In this document: positions 48,949 to 62,615 of the stretch, one piece after another | Numbering within the stretch: the first letter of the stretch is position 1 | How the letters are laid out: each line of letters begins with the position of its first letter | Assembly: GCA_964276515.1 (NCBI GenBank) | Contig: OZ193909.1 | Coordinates: forward strand, 18,352,001-18,416,000 | From: Gordius albopunctatus | Taxonomy: Eukaryota | Length of the DNA: 64,000 bases | Reading direction: 5' to 3' | The notes under the pieces: model-generated | Told to the model about the DNA's origin: nothing | The model's database searches: none | The model's input: only the letters and a program-made list of their open reading frames with translations | Position numbers and translations under genes: made by a program

Positions 48949-49286
48949 ATAGGCTATGACTCTGTTTAATTTATAATGTTACTTTAAGCATTAAATAAAA
49001 AAGATAAAACACGTTATTACAAATATAACAAAATAGAAATTACGAATTATTAATTTTGCACTATATTTTTGCATTCAATTGTTTATAAATCTATGTCTGT
49101 ATAAATAGGATACACCGAATTTTGCGAACGTTAAAAAGCTGATTTATTAAAACACATTATTGAATAGTATGACTTACTTTAAAACGTGTCTCGCAAAAAT
49201 CGTTATAGAAGCAATTATATAAATGCTTATAGACTTGAAGCTCCTCCCAAAGTGGATGCTACTTTGTATGAACACTATTATAACTT
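48949..49286 (+). pseudogene. Inverted metalloprotease fragment, copy of 11088-11425
   Basis: Identical sequence. Confidence 0.88.
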
Positions 49287-52200
49287 TTTTTAAGCTTTTT
49301 TTTAAATATAAATCTTTATTAGATGAAGTCTATATATAATAAAAATATAAAACACGATCAATAAATAGATAAAAGGCGTGGCTACTCTTCATCCTCATCG
49401 AAGGCCAGAAGCCAGGTGTCGGAAAATGCCTTATAGTTGTATTTGGTAGAGCTGTTAAGAACTAGTTCATTTTGAACTAGTTCATCGAACTAGTTCACTT
49501 TTGTCTGAACTTCGAACTGAACTAGTTACCTTTCCAAAAATTGAACTATGAACTTGAACTAGTTCCTTTTTTTTAAAGTTGAACTTGAACTTGAACTAGT
49601 TACTTTTTTAGTATTCTGAACTTGAACTTTACAATATAAATTAACTAGTTCATCGCACAAATTATTATTTAAAATGAATTTATAAGCCGAGTTTGATTGT
49701 TTTATAAACAAGACGATTTATTAAACGCGCCTTTAAATATTTATAGAAAACTGCAATCGAACCTGTATTATTGTCAGTAAGAATCATTTGTTTAATTGGG
49801 ATTTATTTTTAAAGATGGAAATTGATAGTGGTTCTACTTCTAATATATCTTCCGAAGTGGATAGTGTGAATGATGCAGCATGTTCTGATCTACCCAACTC
49901 TTTACCTTGGCCTTCGATGGAAGATTATTTTAAATTCGTATCGTCTAATAAAAATTCAATCAAGGCCAGGTGTAAATTGTGTGTAGGTAAGAAGATTATT
50001 GCTGCATCAACAACATCAACAGCCAATCTATGGAGACATATAAAGGTAATAATTAATGAATGAGTATTCGTATAAATAATATTCTAAAATTAGGTTTCTC
50101 ATTCTCGTAAAGTTGATGAAATAAAAAGTGCAATTAAAAATAAACCTTGGAATTCTTGTGACCTTAAAAAGGAAAAATTTAAACAGATGGTTCTAGACCG
50201 CCCTATGGATAAACAGTCCACCCAAATGGCAATTATAAAATATATTATAAATGCCAATCAGCCATTTTCATTATGCGATGATCAACATTTCAATGAATTA
50301 TTGAGGACATTCAATCCCAAAATCAAAACCATATGTAGGCAAACCCTCACAGGAAGGGTAATGAAATTAGCTGGAAGAATGAAAGACATTCTTAGAACAA
50401 AATTGTTGGCCCCCAAATATGTCAGTACTAGAATTGTATAATTGCTGATTGAACTTACATTAAAAAACTAATTTTGGATAAGATAAAACGTTTTTCAACT
50501 GGATTAAATTTCTATAATATTAAAAAAATGAACTGAACTATGAACCGAACTTGTACTAGTTCATTTTGTAAAATTTGAACTAAGAACTGAACTAGTTCGT
50601 TTTTTTTTGGATGAACTTTAACTTGAACTAGTTACTTTTAAAAAAATATGAACTTGAACTAATTTATTTTTGCAAATTGAACTATGAACTTGAACTAGTT
50701 CATATCTAAGATGAACTTTAACAGCTCTAGTATTTGGCTATTAAAATTCCTATTTTTTGGCGCAAAAGAAGGCTTGCGGAGTATTTTCCTTCGGGAGATC
50801 TCTTTCCTATCAATTTAAAAAAGGCTAATGACTGTTTGCCAAAAGTAGCGGAACAGGAAGCCACGATAGGGATAAAAATTTTAGAAGGGATTATATCACG
50901 GTATTTATTGGTTTTGCGTGTTTCCGCTAGAGCTAGTGGGTCAGCTTAATTGTTAGAGGGTGCAAATACGTTGATGCAGGTAAAGTCCCAAGATAGGAAC
51001 TTACCATCATCCCATGGAATTGTGGATGTTCCATCGGGGCGCATTCTACTCTCAAGAGTGGGTTCTGATGGTTCGAGAATAGAAGGGAAGCCGGCTTTTA
51101 GTAAAGCGGTTTGAATCAAAAGATTGATCTTTTGATGGCGAATGAAACGGAATTTGTTGAGTTTACAATGTAAGGGGTGATGGGCCCAAACATCAATTTG
51201 TTTCTTACAATTTTTACAAGTCAATTGCTTGCAAATTGGGATCCCCAGTCTCAAGGCGATCGCGTAAGTAATTTCGGGGTTTGAGAGTAAGAGCCCAGAG
51301 AACTTGCTCGGAATGCATTCCAGCCGTTCGTGACCAGAGTCAGTCGTTAGTGACCTGAGATTGAAGTGCTGTACGTCGTCACAACTCGAAAGTAGGTAAG
51401 CGACGGAGCGTGACACTATACTGGCTGGCATCCCAGTCTCGTTGTTTGACTGAATTTGGAATAATGGTTCCTGGCATTACATTTTCAAGCCATGATGTTA
51501 AAGCTGTTTGCGTTAAGAAATCTTCCGTATGGGTCGTCAATTTAAAAACGAGATCTTTCACTAAATTGTAAGACGAGAGAAAGGCAACTAGGCTAATGGT
51601 CAAGGGTGACCTTATTCCTAATCCTCCAAATTTAGTTGGAAGAGTGGCTTGTAACCAGCTAGTATCATTGAAAGATAAGTTTAGAATTTTTTCTAGGAGA
51701 TTTTTAATTGTGGATTCGTATAATTTAAGGATATCTGTGTGTAAAAAAGCAGCAGCTGATCGAAAACAATGCTGAATCTTGGAAATATTAAAAAAGTTTT
51801 TTATCATAAAAAAAGCGTGATGTATTGGTAACAATTTTAAAAGTTCCATTTTTGAGGCCAAAAAGGCTAAATGTTTATTTAAAAAGTCTTGCAAGCACGG
51901 AGATCCGCCTATGGGTGAACCGAGCATAGAAAGGTTTTCCTTAGCCACGGTGGAATAAGGTTTAAAAATCGGGTATTGGTCACAAGCAGGTGGTTGTAAA
52001 ATTTCGCATTTGGCCTCGTTGAGCGTTAGGTTTAAGGGTACACATAAGTCTTTAATGATGGTGATGGCTTTGGCAACCTGATCATAGCTGCCCGCCAGAG
52101 TCGCATCATCTAGGTACCATACATGTAATGATAGATCGCATTGTTCCTTAATTAGGTTAATAAGTTTCTTTATCCCGCAACAAAATAATGGTGGCCCAAG

Positions 52201-53184
52201 GGGATCACCTTGTTGAAGGCCCTGAGCAGATTTGATTATAAAGGAGCCAAAATTTAAAAGGGATGGTGAGCCGTAGCTTTGTAAGATATAATTTGCATAT
52301 TGGGGAAACTCTTCCAAAAAACTTTCCATAAAAACGTTTCTATTAAGCTGATTGAAGGCATTTGAGAAATCCAGTTTTATTAGACAGTGGTCGGGATGAA
52401 GGTTTTGTATTGTGATACGACCTGCGTGGCTTGCAGCTTCACACCCAAGCCTAATTAATGAGGTAAAAGGGAATTGGTCAAAGAGGATTTGATTCGTTTG
52501 CAAATTATTTTAGAGATTAAACGGCGAAATACGCTCCCAACGGCGATGGGTCTCAAGGAATTGTTAGGTTTTTTTAAAGCTAAAAGACGTGCCCCCAAGA
52601 GGACTGGTCTGATCTCTTGAGGAACATTGACATTTACAATTAAGTTACTGTTAAGGAGTGATATTTATTCACGTAAACTATTAGGAGTGTGATACAAAAA
52701 CACGACGACAAAACAAGTGTCTTGGCGTATATATCCAACGCCTTTATATGTTACAACCAATTAACGCTAATTTGATCGCCAACGCGCGTGTAAATAACAT
52801 CAACACGCAGGTAACTATCGTATCCCTGGAGGCACTTTACCTCTCTACAGTTCCCCCCTTTTCACAAAGATAAGGCCTTAGGTAGCCTAGGGCCTGGGGG
52901 GTACACTCTTACCTGATAAAGGGCATCTAAATGTTGTGGGGCCATGTAATAAAAAGCAATTATTTTTGTTTATAGATATTTTCCTATTGCAGGAGGGACA
53001 GAGAGCTTTGATTAATGTCATAGTGATAATTTAGGTTATAAGGTGAAGAGTCTTACAGAGGATTTAATAAATCACTTTCTCTTTTCAGCATTTTAAGGAA
53101 ACTTTTGTTTGAAATAAATGAATGTTCATAATTGGTTAAAGGTTCAAAGGATTCATCAAAGGTCATATTAAAACTTGTAAGGTA
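49285..53184 (-). mobile_element. CRE-like retrotransposon, copy of 11424-15323 (nested LTR at 52649-52849)
   Basis: Identical ORFs 50946-52503. Confidence 0.9.
49447..50729 (+). mobile_element. hAT deletion derivative with BED finger, copy of 11586-12868
   Basis: Same TIR and TSD GTATTTGG. Confidence 0.92.
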
Positions 53185-53627
53185 TTATTAGACACAAATC
53201 ATTGAATTATTTTCTAGACCTGCTTGCTATTTGATTAATCATATTCAGTTGTTTTGCTGAGGTGATTCTATTAAAAGTCAAACTTTGAGCTTTAGAAACG
53301 TTGTTAGTTTTATTTAATAAGAAATTTTGTAGATCATATAAAAAAGCATCTGTATTTAAATATTGCCTTTTTATAAGCAAATGAGCATATGTGTAAAACA
53401 TTGCTATGCTATAACCCTGATCTGGGTAGCTTTCCAGATGCAGACAAAGGTCCCGCGCCTAATGACCATTTGCGATAAAGATAAGGAAAAAATTTATGAT
53501 TAATATATCAATCTTATTATATTATTAAAACTATATAACAAATCGAATATTTAATAAATATTTATCAAATATATTATTTATGGCTTAGATGTGCTATTAA
53601 TCCAAATGCTTGCACTGGGAGACCTTT
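53185..53627 (+). pseudogene. Inverted metalloprotease fragment, copy of 15324-15766
   Basis: Identical apart from the SNP at 53510. Confidence 0.88.
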
Positions 53628-53698
53628 TTGGTATTCTGCGATACCAACTGATAAAAAGGATATAGCAATTTATTCCAGGCAGCAAGGCTTTTATTTCT

Positions 53699-56099
53699 TG
53701 TAGGAGTAAAATGTTTCACGAGTAAAAATTACATGACTGATTATCTTTTTGTACACATAACGTTTATATAATTTATAAGGTGCATAATCATCATTATTGG
53801 AAAAATCGATAATGTTCATGGAAGATTTAATTCATCGATGCTCTTCCATGAAGATCGATTATTTTCTGGGAATTGACGGTAGTGACGTCAATGATAATGT
53901 TCATGGAAGATTTAATTCATCGATGCGCTTCCATGAAGAACGATTATTTTCTGGGAATTGACGACGTCACTACAGATACTCTCTTCCCACATATATTGAT
54001 AATGTATCGATAAAAAAAATATATATATATAAATCATGTGCAATATTCGCGAAATTTCTTCGGCCAATGAACATGTCTACCCTTTCGTGTCACTATCTTT
54101 GTTTAACCTCTTCGGCTCCATCTGTTGATGGTGTTTGTGTTTTGTTGTTGCCAGAGAGGGGTGGGTCATCTGTATTAAAATAACTCGGTTTCAGACGGTC
54201 TATCGAAACCGAATCCTTCTTGCCATTCTTCTCGATGATAAAATACTTGTGCTCGCGTTTCAAAACTTTGTAGGGGCCGTCGTAAGGTGCAGAGAGTGGC
54301 TTTCGAACCGCGTCGTTTCTCACGAAGACATGGAATGTTTCAAACAAATCGCGGCTAATTTGTTCTTTAGTTGTTCCGTGCCGTTTGGGTATAGGATATG
54401 GGATTTTTTTCATTATTTGTTTAAGTTTCTCTACGAAATGATTTACCTGTATCTTCGAGGGTTGCAGGGATTCAAGTTGTGAAAAATATTCTCCGGGGAG
54501 TCGTAGATTAGTTCCATAAATCATTTCTGCTGCTGTTAGACCTATATCTTCTTTAATTGTAGAACGTATACCAAGCAGTACCAATGGTAGGGCTTTGTCC
54601 CATTTAATCTGCCCCATGGCCTTTAAAGAAGCTTTAAGTTGTCTATGAAATCTTTCGACTAGTCCATTAGCTGATGGATGATATGCTGTGGTGTTAATGT
54701 GCTCACATCCTAGAATGTTAGATAATTCTTTGAATAGGTTAGACTGGAATTGGGAGCTTCTGTCTGTAGTGATCGTACTAGGGACTCCATAATTAGCAAT
54801 TTTCCTGCTATTACCTGTTGCAAGACAGCACCCACTGCGGAATCTGAGGCGTCAGTGGTTAAGGTTATTTGGATATTAGGTCCCGTATCCAAAAAGGTTA
54901 AAGCAGTAAAATTACAAAGCGCAGCTTTTGCTCTTTGAAATGCTTTTACCTGATCCTCGTTTAAGAATATTGTCTTCTGTGGATTTTTTAACAGATCCGT
55001 CAAAGGTTGCAGAATGCGGGAAATTCCCGGCAAAAATCTTCGATAAAAGTTGATCATCCCCAAGAATCTCCTAAGTTTTTTATTTGAACCCGGTATTGGA
55101 AAATCGCGAATGGCTTCAATCCTCTCTGCTAAAGGAGTGATACCTGCGGCGGTTATTTTGTGTCCCAGGAATTCTAGTTTACGAACTCCAAATTTGCATT
55201 TTAAAGGATTAATTCTAAGGTTAAAATCATGCAAACGCTGTAGGACGGCTTTGAGATGATTTTTGTGTTCGTTTTCGGATGAACTGGTTATAAGGATGTC
55301 GTCAATGTAAGCGTATGTGCCGTCGAGACCTCGTAGAACTTCATCGATAAATCTTTGGAACGTTTGGGCTGCGTTTTTAAGGCCAAATGGCATCCTACGG
55401 AATTCATAAAGACCGAATGGTGTAGTAACTGCGGTCTTGCAGATGTCTTCGTCGGCCATTGGTATATGATGATAAGCCCTTACCAAATCCAATTTACTAA
55501 AAATGGTTTTTCCGCATAAATTAGCCGTAAAATCATGAATATGTGGAATAGGGTACCGATCGGGAGTAGTTACTCTATTTAGACTCCTGTAGTCCCCACA
55601 TGGTCTCCAATCTCCTGATTTTTTAATGGCTAGATGCAACGGTGATGCCCAGCTGCTTTCCGATTTTTGAATGATTCCTAACTCGAGCATGAATTCAAAT
55701 TCTTTTTTGGCAGCTTCCAGCTTGTCCGCTGCCAAACGCCTTGGCCTTGAATGTTGTGCCGGTCCCATTGTTGAGATATGATGACTTATGTGGTGGTTGG
55801 GTAATTGGCAATTGAAATCGGCCGGTGCTATAAGTCGTGGGAATTCTTTTATTATCAGATCAAAATCGGAATGAGGTTGTATATATCCTACACGAATTCC
55901 TGATGTATGATGGGGGGATGTTTGGCCTCTTGACGTTAGTTGAGTCGTTCCGTCAATCAACCTTTTGTTTTTAATATCTACAATTATATTGTACCTGTGT
56001 AAAAAGTCCGCCCCGATAATAGGTGAGTAAACATCAGCGACTAGAAATATACATTGAAGTTCGCGTCTCAAACAAAGTCCAAATTTAGCAACTTTTGTT
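53699..56099 (-). mobile_element. Ty3/Gypsy deleted element, copy of 15838-18238
   Basis: Identical RT and integrase ORFs. Confidence 0.92.
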
Positions 56100-56100
56100 T

Positions 56101-56896
56101 TAGTGAAAGGAGGTTGTTCAAGTTTATCATAGATTTTTTCACAATAATTTTTAGCAGAATCTAAATGAATGTTAGTAAATAATGACTGAATATCAAAGCT
56201 TACAAGTGAAAATGAAGTCGGTAAACTACAGTGTTTCAATCGATTAATTAGATCTAAAGAGTTTTTTTAAATTAATGGTGAAGATACACGTGGTTGCAAT
56301 ATTGATATAAGGTACATGTTTAGATTAAAATTGTGGGAGTTATAAGATGACACAATTGGTCTTAATAGAATTAAAGGTTTATGAATTTTGCGTAACCCAT
56401 AAATTTGAGGAGTGCGAGATGTGGACGGTCTTAACTTCCAGTATAACGAAGTGCTGATTTGGTTATCTTTTGAAAGATTTAATAAAAAAGTTTGTAACTT
56501 TTTTTCCCTAGCATTAGTAGGGTTTCTTTTCAATTCTTTAAATAAAGTATTATCTTTTAAAATATCAAATATTTTTTTGTTATAATCATCTGTGTTCAGA
56601 ACTACTAGTTGACCGCCTTTGTCTGATTTACAAATTCTTATATTAACTTTAGATTTCAATCACTTAACAACTGAAAAAACTTCCTGATCTTTAATTAATT
56701 TCGATTTGTTAACTTTCAACGGGCAGTTATTATTTAAGGTGTTAGATAAAAAAGATTCTATTGAGTTTTTTAAATGTAAATTGTCTGGATGTTGTTTGTC
56801 TATAGTGGTTAGAATGTTATTAAAGCTGTTCAATGTAGGTAGTAATTTGAGTTTATTGTTGTCAAGAAAGAATTTAGATCCAATATTAAGCAAATT
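56101..56896 (-). mobile_element. Penelope-like fragment, copy of 18240-19035
   Basis: Identical DKG-containing ORFs. Confidence 0.88.
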
Positions 56897-57101
56897 GATA
56901 ATGCTGGTTTATTCACATACACACACCTACCCCTATAATTACCTGTTACCATTATACACACCATATTGCCTTTTTTCTTTACCCTATTGTTTCGTAACCA
57001 CCTTGTTTACTACTTATGCCTTATTTTATAATTGCCATTGTTAATACTATTCTTATAATGGCTATTCGTTCATTTTTATAATTCCTTTTGTATTTTACCT
57101 T

Positions 57102-57321
57102 ATCCTTTATCTTAAAGTTGTTTACCCCACTATATCCTTTATCTTAAAGTTGTTTACCCCACTATATCCTTTATCTTAAAGTTGTTTACCCCACTATATC
57201 CTTTATCTTAAAGTTGTTTACCCCACTATATCCTTTATCTTAAAGTTGTTTACCCCACTATATCCTTTATCTTAAAGTTGTTTACCCCACTATATACTTT
57301 ATCTTAAAGTTGTTTTTCCAC
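57102..57321. repeat. 32-bp minisatellite, copy of 19241-19460
   Basis: Same unit and copy number. Confidence 0.97.
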
Positions 57322-58151
57322 GCTATTTCAATAAGTGATAACTCTCTTGTTCCAACCAGTGTTCGCTATTATTCACCCTCCTGTTTCAACTGGTTTTTAT
57401 TACTTTTGTTTTTGTAATAACTAAAAAAGTTTCAAAGTTATAATCAATGTTAATTAGTTATTATTAAACCCAAAAGATAATGATTATTAAGGATTAAGGC
57501 TTACGTTATTAGGATTAAATTTATGGATATTTGTTCTTACCATATCTTTAATTTATTACTTCCGAATTTATCCTTTATTTATGTATAATAATGCCCAAGA
57601 ATCCGCGCGAATTAACAGCGAAGGTAATTATATATATTCGAAAAAAAGAATAAGAATATTAATTCTAACAAAGAAATATATGCGGATTGATATCTATCGT
57701 GTGATGTATTACTCCGCGTTTACAAATAAATACGAGCTAAATAATGATGGGAATACTCGTATTAGAATCTCACTATAATATATCGCGTAGAGAGCAATAG
57801 GGGGAGAGGGACTACGCGTATACATTAAGATGCGTATACTTTAATAAATAAGAGAGAGATAATGTGGGGGTTTTGTGTGTGTGGGTTCACAGAATAAATG
57901 CCCTGTACGCTCCTTCAAGCATAATTGCCTTGCCCGCGCAGCTGGTCTTGCTACGCGTAATTAATCGTGGAGGTAGATTAGGGTGGAGGGAAGGAAATAC
58001 TCATGTAGTAAGACTACAACAGTTTATAAATTAAATCTTGTCAAAACCTTATATATACCTTCATTTGTAATTTCTCTTCTCTTTTTAATTTAATTTCATC
58101 ATCGGTTTCTTATTTGTAATTCACCTCACTTGTAATCTACTTTTTTTTAAA

Positions 58152-58188
58152 TTATTGATAATGGTTGCTGGACGACCGAAATATCTAA
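58152..58188 (+). ncRNA. Candidate minimal hammerhead ribozyme, copy of 20291-20327
   Basis: Identical sequence. Confidence 0.45.
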
Positions 58189-58582
58189 ACCCATTTCCAC
58201 CCTCTCATTTTATTATTTCATCATTACCATTATTGGAAACAAATTCTATATTATTCAAAAAATTGGTATTACATAATTATATTTAGTATACAATGTTTAT
58301 TGATCTTTATTGAAATCGTTAGATGTATTAAATTCATATATATAAACAATCTTTTTGCCACGATTCCATATTAAATGTATATATATTATAAATTTGATTG
58401 TATAAAACGCTTATAAAATATTCGTCATTTGCAAAACATGCAGAAAAGTTATAAAAAATTTTGGTAGACAACGTATATAAAATATGATGATCTATTTTAT
58501 AAGTCTAATAAAGTTTTTCTATTTTTAGATGAGAAGTCGTACGATTCTAATTTTAAAATAATTATTTAAATCGATAAGTAGT

Positions 58583-61431
58583 TTATATATGCGTCAGGAA
58601 GTTCCGACAAGCTTTATCAACACATATGATAATGCCCCCTCTCTGTGAATTTGAAACACATACCATATTGAGATTTCTAGGGCGTTTGCTTAATCTTAAA
58701 ACTTGACATCTTTCATCTATATTATAAATGTATGGTTTAATCTTTTTTTCAAATAATCTAAATACCTTTCATCCCTATGAAGTATCTATTGGATTCATCA
58801 TAAGTGTAGAATTGATTGGGTAGTACAGATCGACAATTCTATAATAAATGAAGGTGTAAAAATTTTTATTGTTATCTTTAGATAAAAATGCTGTGGGCCC
58901 ATTATAAAAACTTATTTGATGATATATCTAAAAAACAATTGTATATAACGTATATTTATTTGTTCCATGTAACAACATAACTATTGGCAACAATTGAAAA
59001 ATACAGAAATTTTAATAAAGTTTGATTTTAACAAAAGCTGGACTTACTATCATATTTGCGCATGTGTCAACGTCCACCGAGCTGCATAAAACATAAATAA
59101 TAAGAAATTTAAGAGAAAAAACGGATAAAAATTTATTATTAACAAAATAAAATTGACATTTGCAAAGAGAGAAGCATAAGATACACGAGTTGTCTTACCT
59201 AAGTTGCAGGTTCAAATTTAATCCGTTTGATAAGCAGTACTGTAAACACCGTTTGTGAGTATTTGAAAAACTGGTAGTATGGCTACCTATTAATTTGTTT
59301 GAGGAAGTAGCGATATTTTTATTGTTGTAGGGGGAAGAATGTAAATTCTGAGTTGTTAGTTGATCAAAGGTCTCCCAGTGCAAGCATTTTGATTGATAGC
59401 ACATCTAAGCCATAAATAATAAATTTGATAAATATTTATTAAATATTCGATTTGTTATATAGTTTTAATAATGTAATAAGATTGATATATTAATCATAAA
59501 TTTTTACCTTATCTTTACCGCAAATGGTACCATTAGGCGCGGGACCTTTGTCTGCATCTGGAAAGCTACCCACATCAGGGTTATAGCATAGCAATATTTT
59601 ACACATATGCTCATTTGGCTATAAAAATGCAATATTTAAATACAGATGCTTTTTTATATGATCTACGAAATTTATTATTAAATAAAAGTAACAATGTTTC
59701 TAAAGCTCAAAGTTTGACTTTTAATAGAATCACCTCAGCAAAACAACTAAATATGATTAATAAAATAGCAAGTAGGTCTAGAAAATAATTCAATGATTTG
59801 TGTCTAATAAATTTGCTTGCTAAAAATTTCACTTGAAATTGCAGTTACATAAGCTAATATATTATTAATTTTTCTTTAGACTAAAAACAAGCATAAAATT
59901 GCATATTATACTTGCCGAGAATAGCTTCGATAATCAGATCCAAAACGGATTTGGCAAGCTGAATCTGGATGCAAGTTATAATAGTGTTCATACAAAGTAG
60001 CATCCACTTTGGGAGGAGCTTCAAGTCTATAAGCATTCATATAATAGCTTCTATAACGATTGTTGCGAGATATGTTTACGCTGTTTGAAACATCATCATT
60101 TCTTATCAAACATCGTACGTTGTCTCTAATAAATTATATTTAATAAGCTTCTATATAGGATAAACATGTAAAAACCTATAAAATAAGTTGTTTATTACTC
60201 ATTCTCTGTTACCCAGTATCAAACATAAGATTTACATGGTGTAAACAAATAATCTATAATATTGTAATGCCATATAACTATCTGCCGCAGGCGAACTATG
60301 CCAAACTTTAACCAAACACGTTTTAAAGTAAGTCATACTATTCAATAATGTGTTTCAATAAATCTAGAGCTTTTTAACGTTCGCAAAAGCTCTTCGGTGT
60401 ATCCTATTTATACAGACATAGATTTATCAACAATTGAATGCAAAAATATAGTGCAAAATTAATAATTCGTAATTTCTATTTTGTTATATTTTTAATAACG
60501 TGTTTTATCTTTGTTATTTAATGCCTAAAGTAATATTATAAATCAAATAAAGTCATAGCCTATCGCAATGAATCTCTTATACGCGTTTGCGTAAACCTCT
60601 TCTTCTTATCAAAAACATTAGAGTTCATACTGCGTACGCGCTGTTTACTAACACATATCTCTCTCCCTTCACCTACTCTCCTCTCTTTCTCCTCCACTCA
60701 CGCCCCCTTCATGTGTGCTTGGATAGATATGGGGGCGGGAGTGGAAGAGATGGAGAAGGGAGAGAGAGATGTGTTAGTAAACAGCGCGTGTGTAGTATGC
60801 ACTCTAATGTATTCCTTTTTCCAGACATAGTGGGACGAATTTTGATAAGGGGAAGGGGTTCACAAAGACGCAAATAAAGTTAAATATAGAGGTGTAACAA
60901 AAAAATAAATTAATGTACCTATAGATGAAATTTTAATCTACATGAATATATTACTATTTTTCACTAAATATTAAAAATACCGTGGCAATATAGCCTCAAA
61001 AAGGCTTAAAAAGGGCATTTTTGGCACCTTCAACCTCGTATATCTAAAAAACTGGTAATTGTAGAAAAAAACTAAAAACAGATTATTTTTCAGTGCAAAA
61101 TTTTCTATCAGAATTATTGGTCGGATTGCGGGATGTAATCACAAAGACAATATTTGTAGAGCTGTGTTATTAACTTCATTTAGAACCGACCTAAATTTAA
61201 GCCTTCTGGGGAACCATATAGGGACATGCTATTTAATAAATATATACCGCAAAGCAAATTATTCATAATTATTGAATCAAAAGAGATACAAATAAAAAGT
61301 TATTATACATTGAGTTGGCTAACAATTCGCGACTACATGCAGACCACTTTTTTTGACCTGCGTAGGCGGGTGCCATGAGGAAATTGTTGCCACGACATCT
61401 CCCATTTGCTCCGTCATGCGGTAAGCCAATG
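58583..61431 (-). CDS. Last seven exons of the next copy of the M12B/ADAMTS-like metalloprotease (5' exons expected beyond the window)
   Basis: Matches 20722-23570 at +37,861. Confidence 0.85.
60616..60809. mobile_element. Palindromic MITE, copy of 22755-22948
   Basis: Identical sequence. Confidence 0.75.
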
Positions 61432-61537
61432 CTATCAGGAATCCAAAGTGAAATTAAAGTTGAAATAAACTTATGGTTAATTGATCATTAAAAAATCGAC
61501 AAATTCGTCTTTGCACAATTAAACTCTTTATAAAAAA

Positions 61538-62550
61538 CTAGATAAGCCCGGCAAACGTTGTTTTGCCATATACATTATGTCTGACAAATTAACTAACTTA
61601 CTATAACTGGTTGGGGATATTTTTTGCAGAAGTTTTATCTAAATTGTAGTGTTATTTTTACAATCGATGGAAAGTAAACGTAAATAACTAATTGCAGGTA
61701 AAGAGTTTGTCGGGGAATGCAGGGGAGAGAAAACTTTTTATTTATTGTTTCCTGGGGGGTTGTTGATCTATCGGTTATATTTTCTTAACCACTCTTAAAT
61801 AATACTTTTTTTATCATTCGCATCACTTTGTCATATATGGAAAAATTAAGACAGAATTAAGGTGGATAAATTTTAGCTTTAGCGCCATCTGTACATACTA
61901 TAAAAAATGTTAAAAATATTTAAAAAAAAGTAAAAAATTTAAATAAGAAAATTTAAAACTACCAAATTTTTTTTTAAAAACTCAACTAATAAAACTGGCA
62001 ACAAAATTAATGAGCTGCCATTATTATCACATGGCCATAGAAGCATATAATTTATTTGGGGACACCACCTTGAAAATAAGAACGTATTATATAAAAAATA
62101 CAAATGTCACACGTATGGGGGCGATGTGGGATCAAATAAGTCAGACAAATTATCATAAGTAAATTGGTTTGTCTTATTATATATACACTAAAAATAGCGG
62201 GTTCATAAAATCCATGACGTGATAAAATTCGTGCCCCATTTCAATATATAAAATGTATAAGTCTAATATTTATTTTTAATAATATTAAATTAATCCTATA
62301 AATAAGTAATACATATTTCTACTTATATTCTAACTTTCCTGACGTCATTATTGTATATGATGCTCTTAACGAAACTGGCCGGGAAATGTCAGATATTTTT
62401 AAAACTAAAAGGAATTTTAGGATTCTGAAAAAGCTATTTTACCCCTGGCCGTCCTGGGCATCTACGGTTAAATTTTCGCGCGAATCGGGGCGGTAGTTTC
62501 AGAATTTAGATACACACATACATACATAGACTTTACTTTATATATATAGA
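61538..62550 (-). mobile_element. Non-autonomous Helitron, copy of 23677-24689
   Basis: Identical termini and hairpin. Confidence 0.8.
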
Positions 62551-62615
62551 TTAGATAATAGAATGTAAAACATTGCTGATAGTAAGGAGTTATGTGATAA
62601 TAAAAATGTTTTATC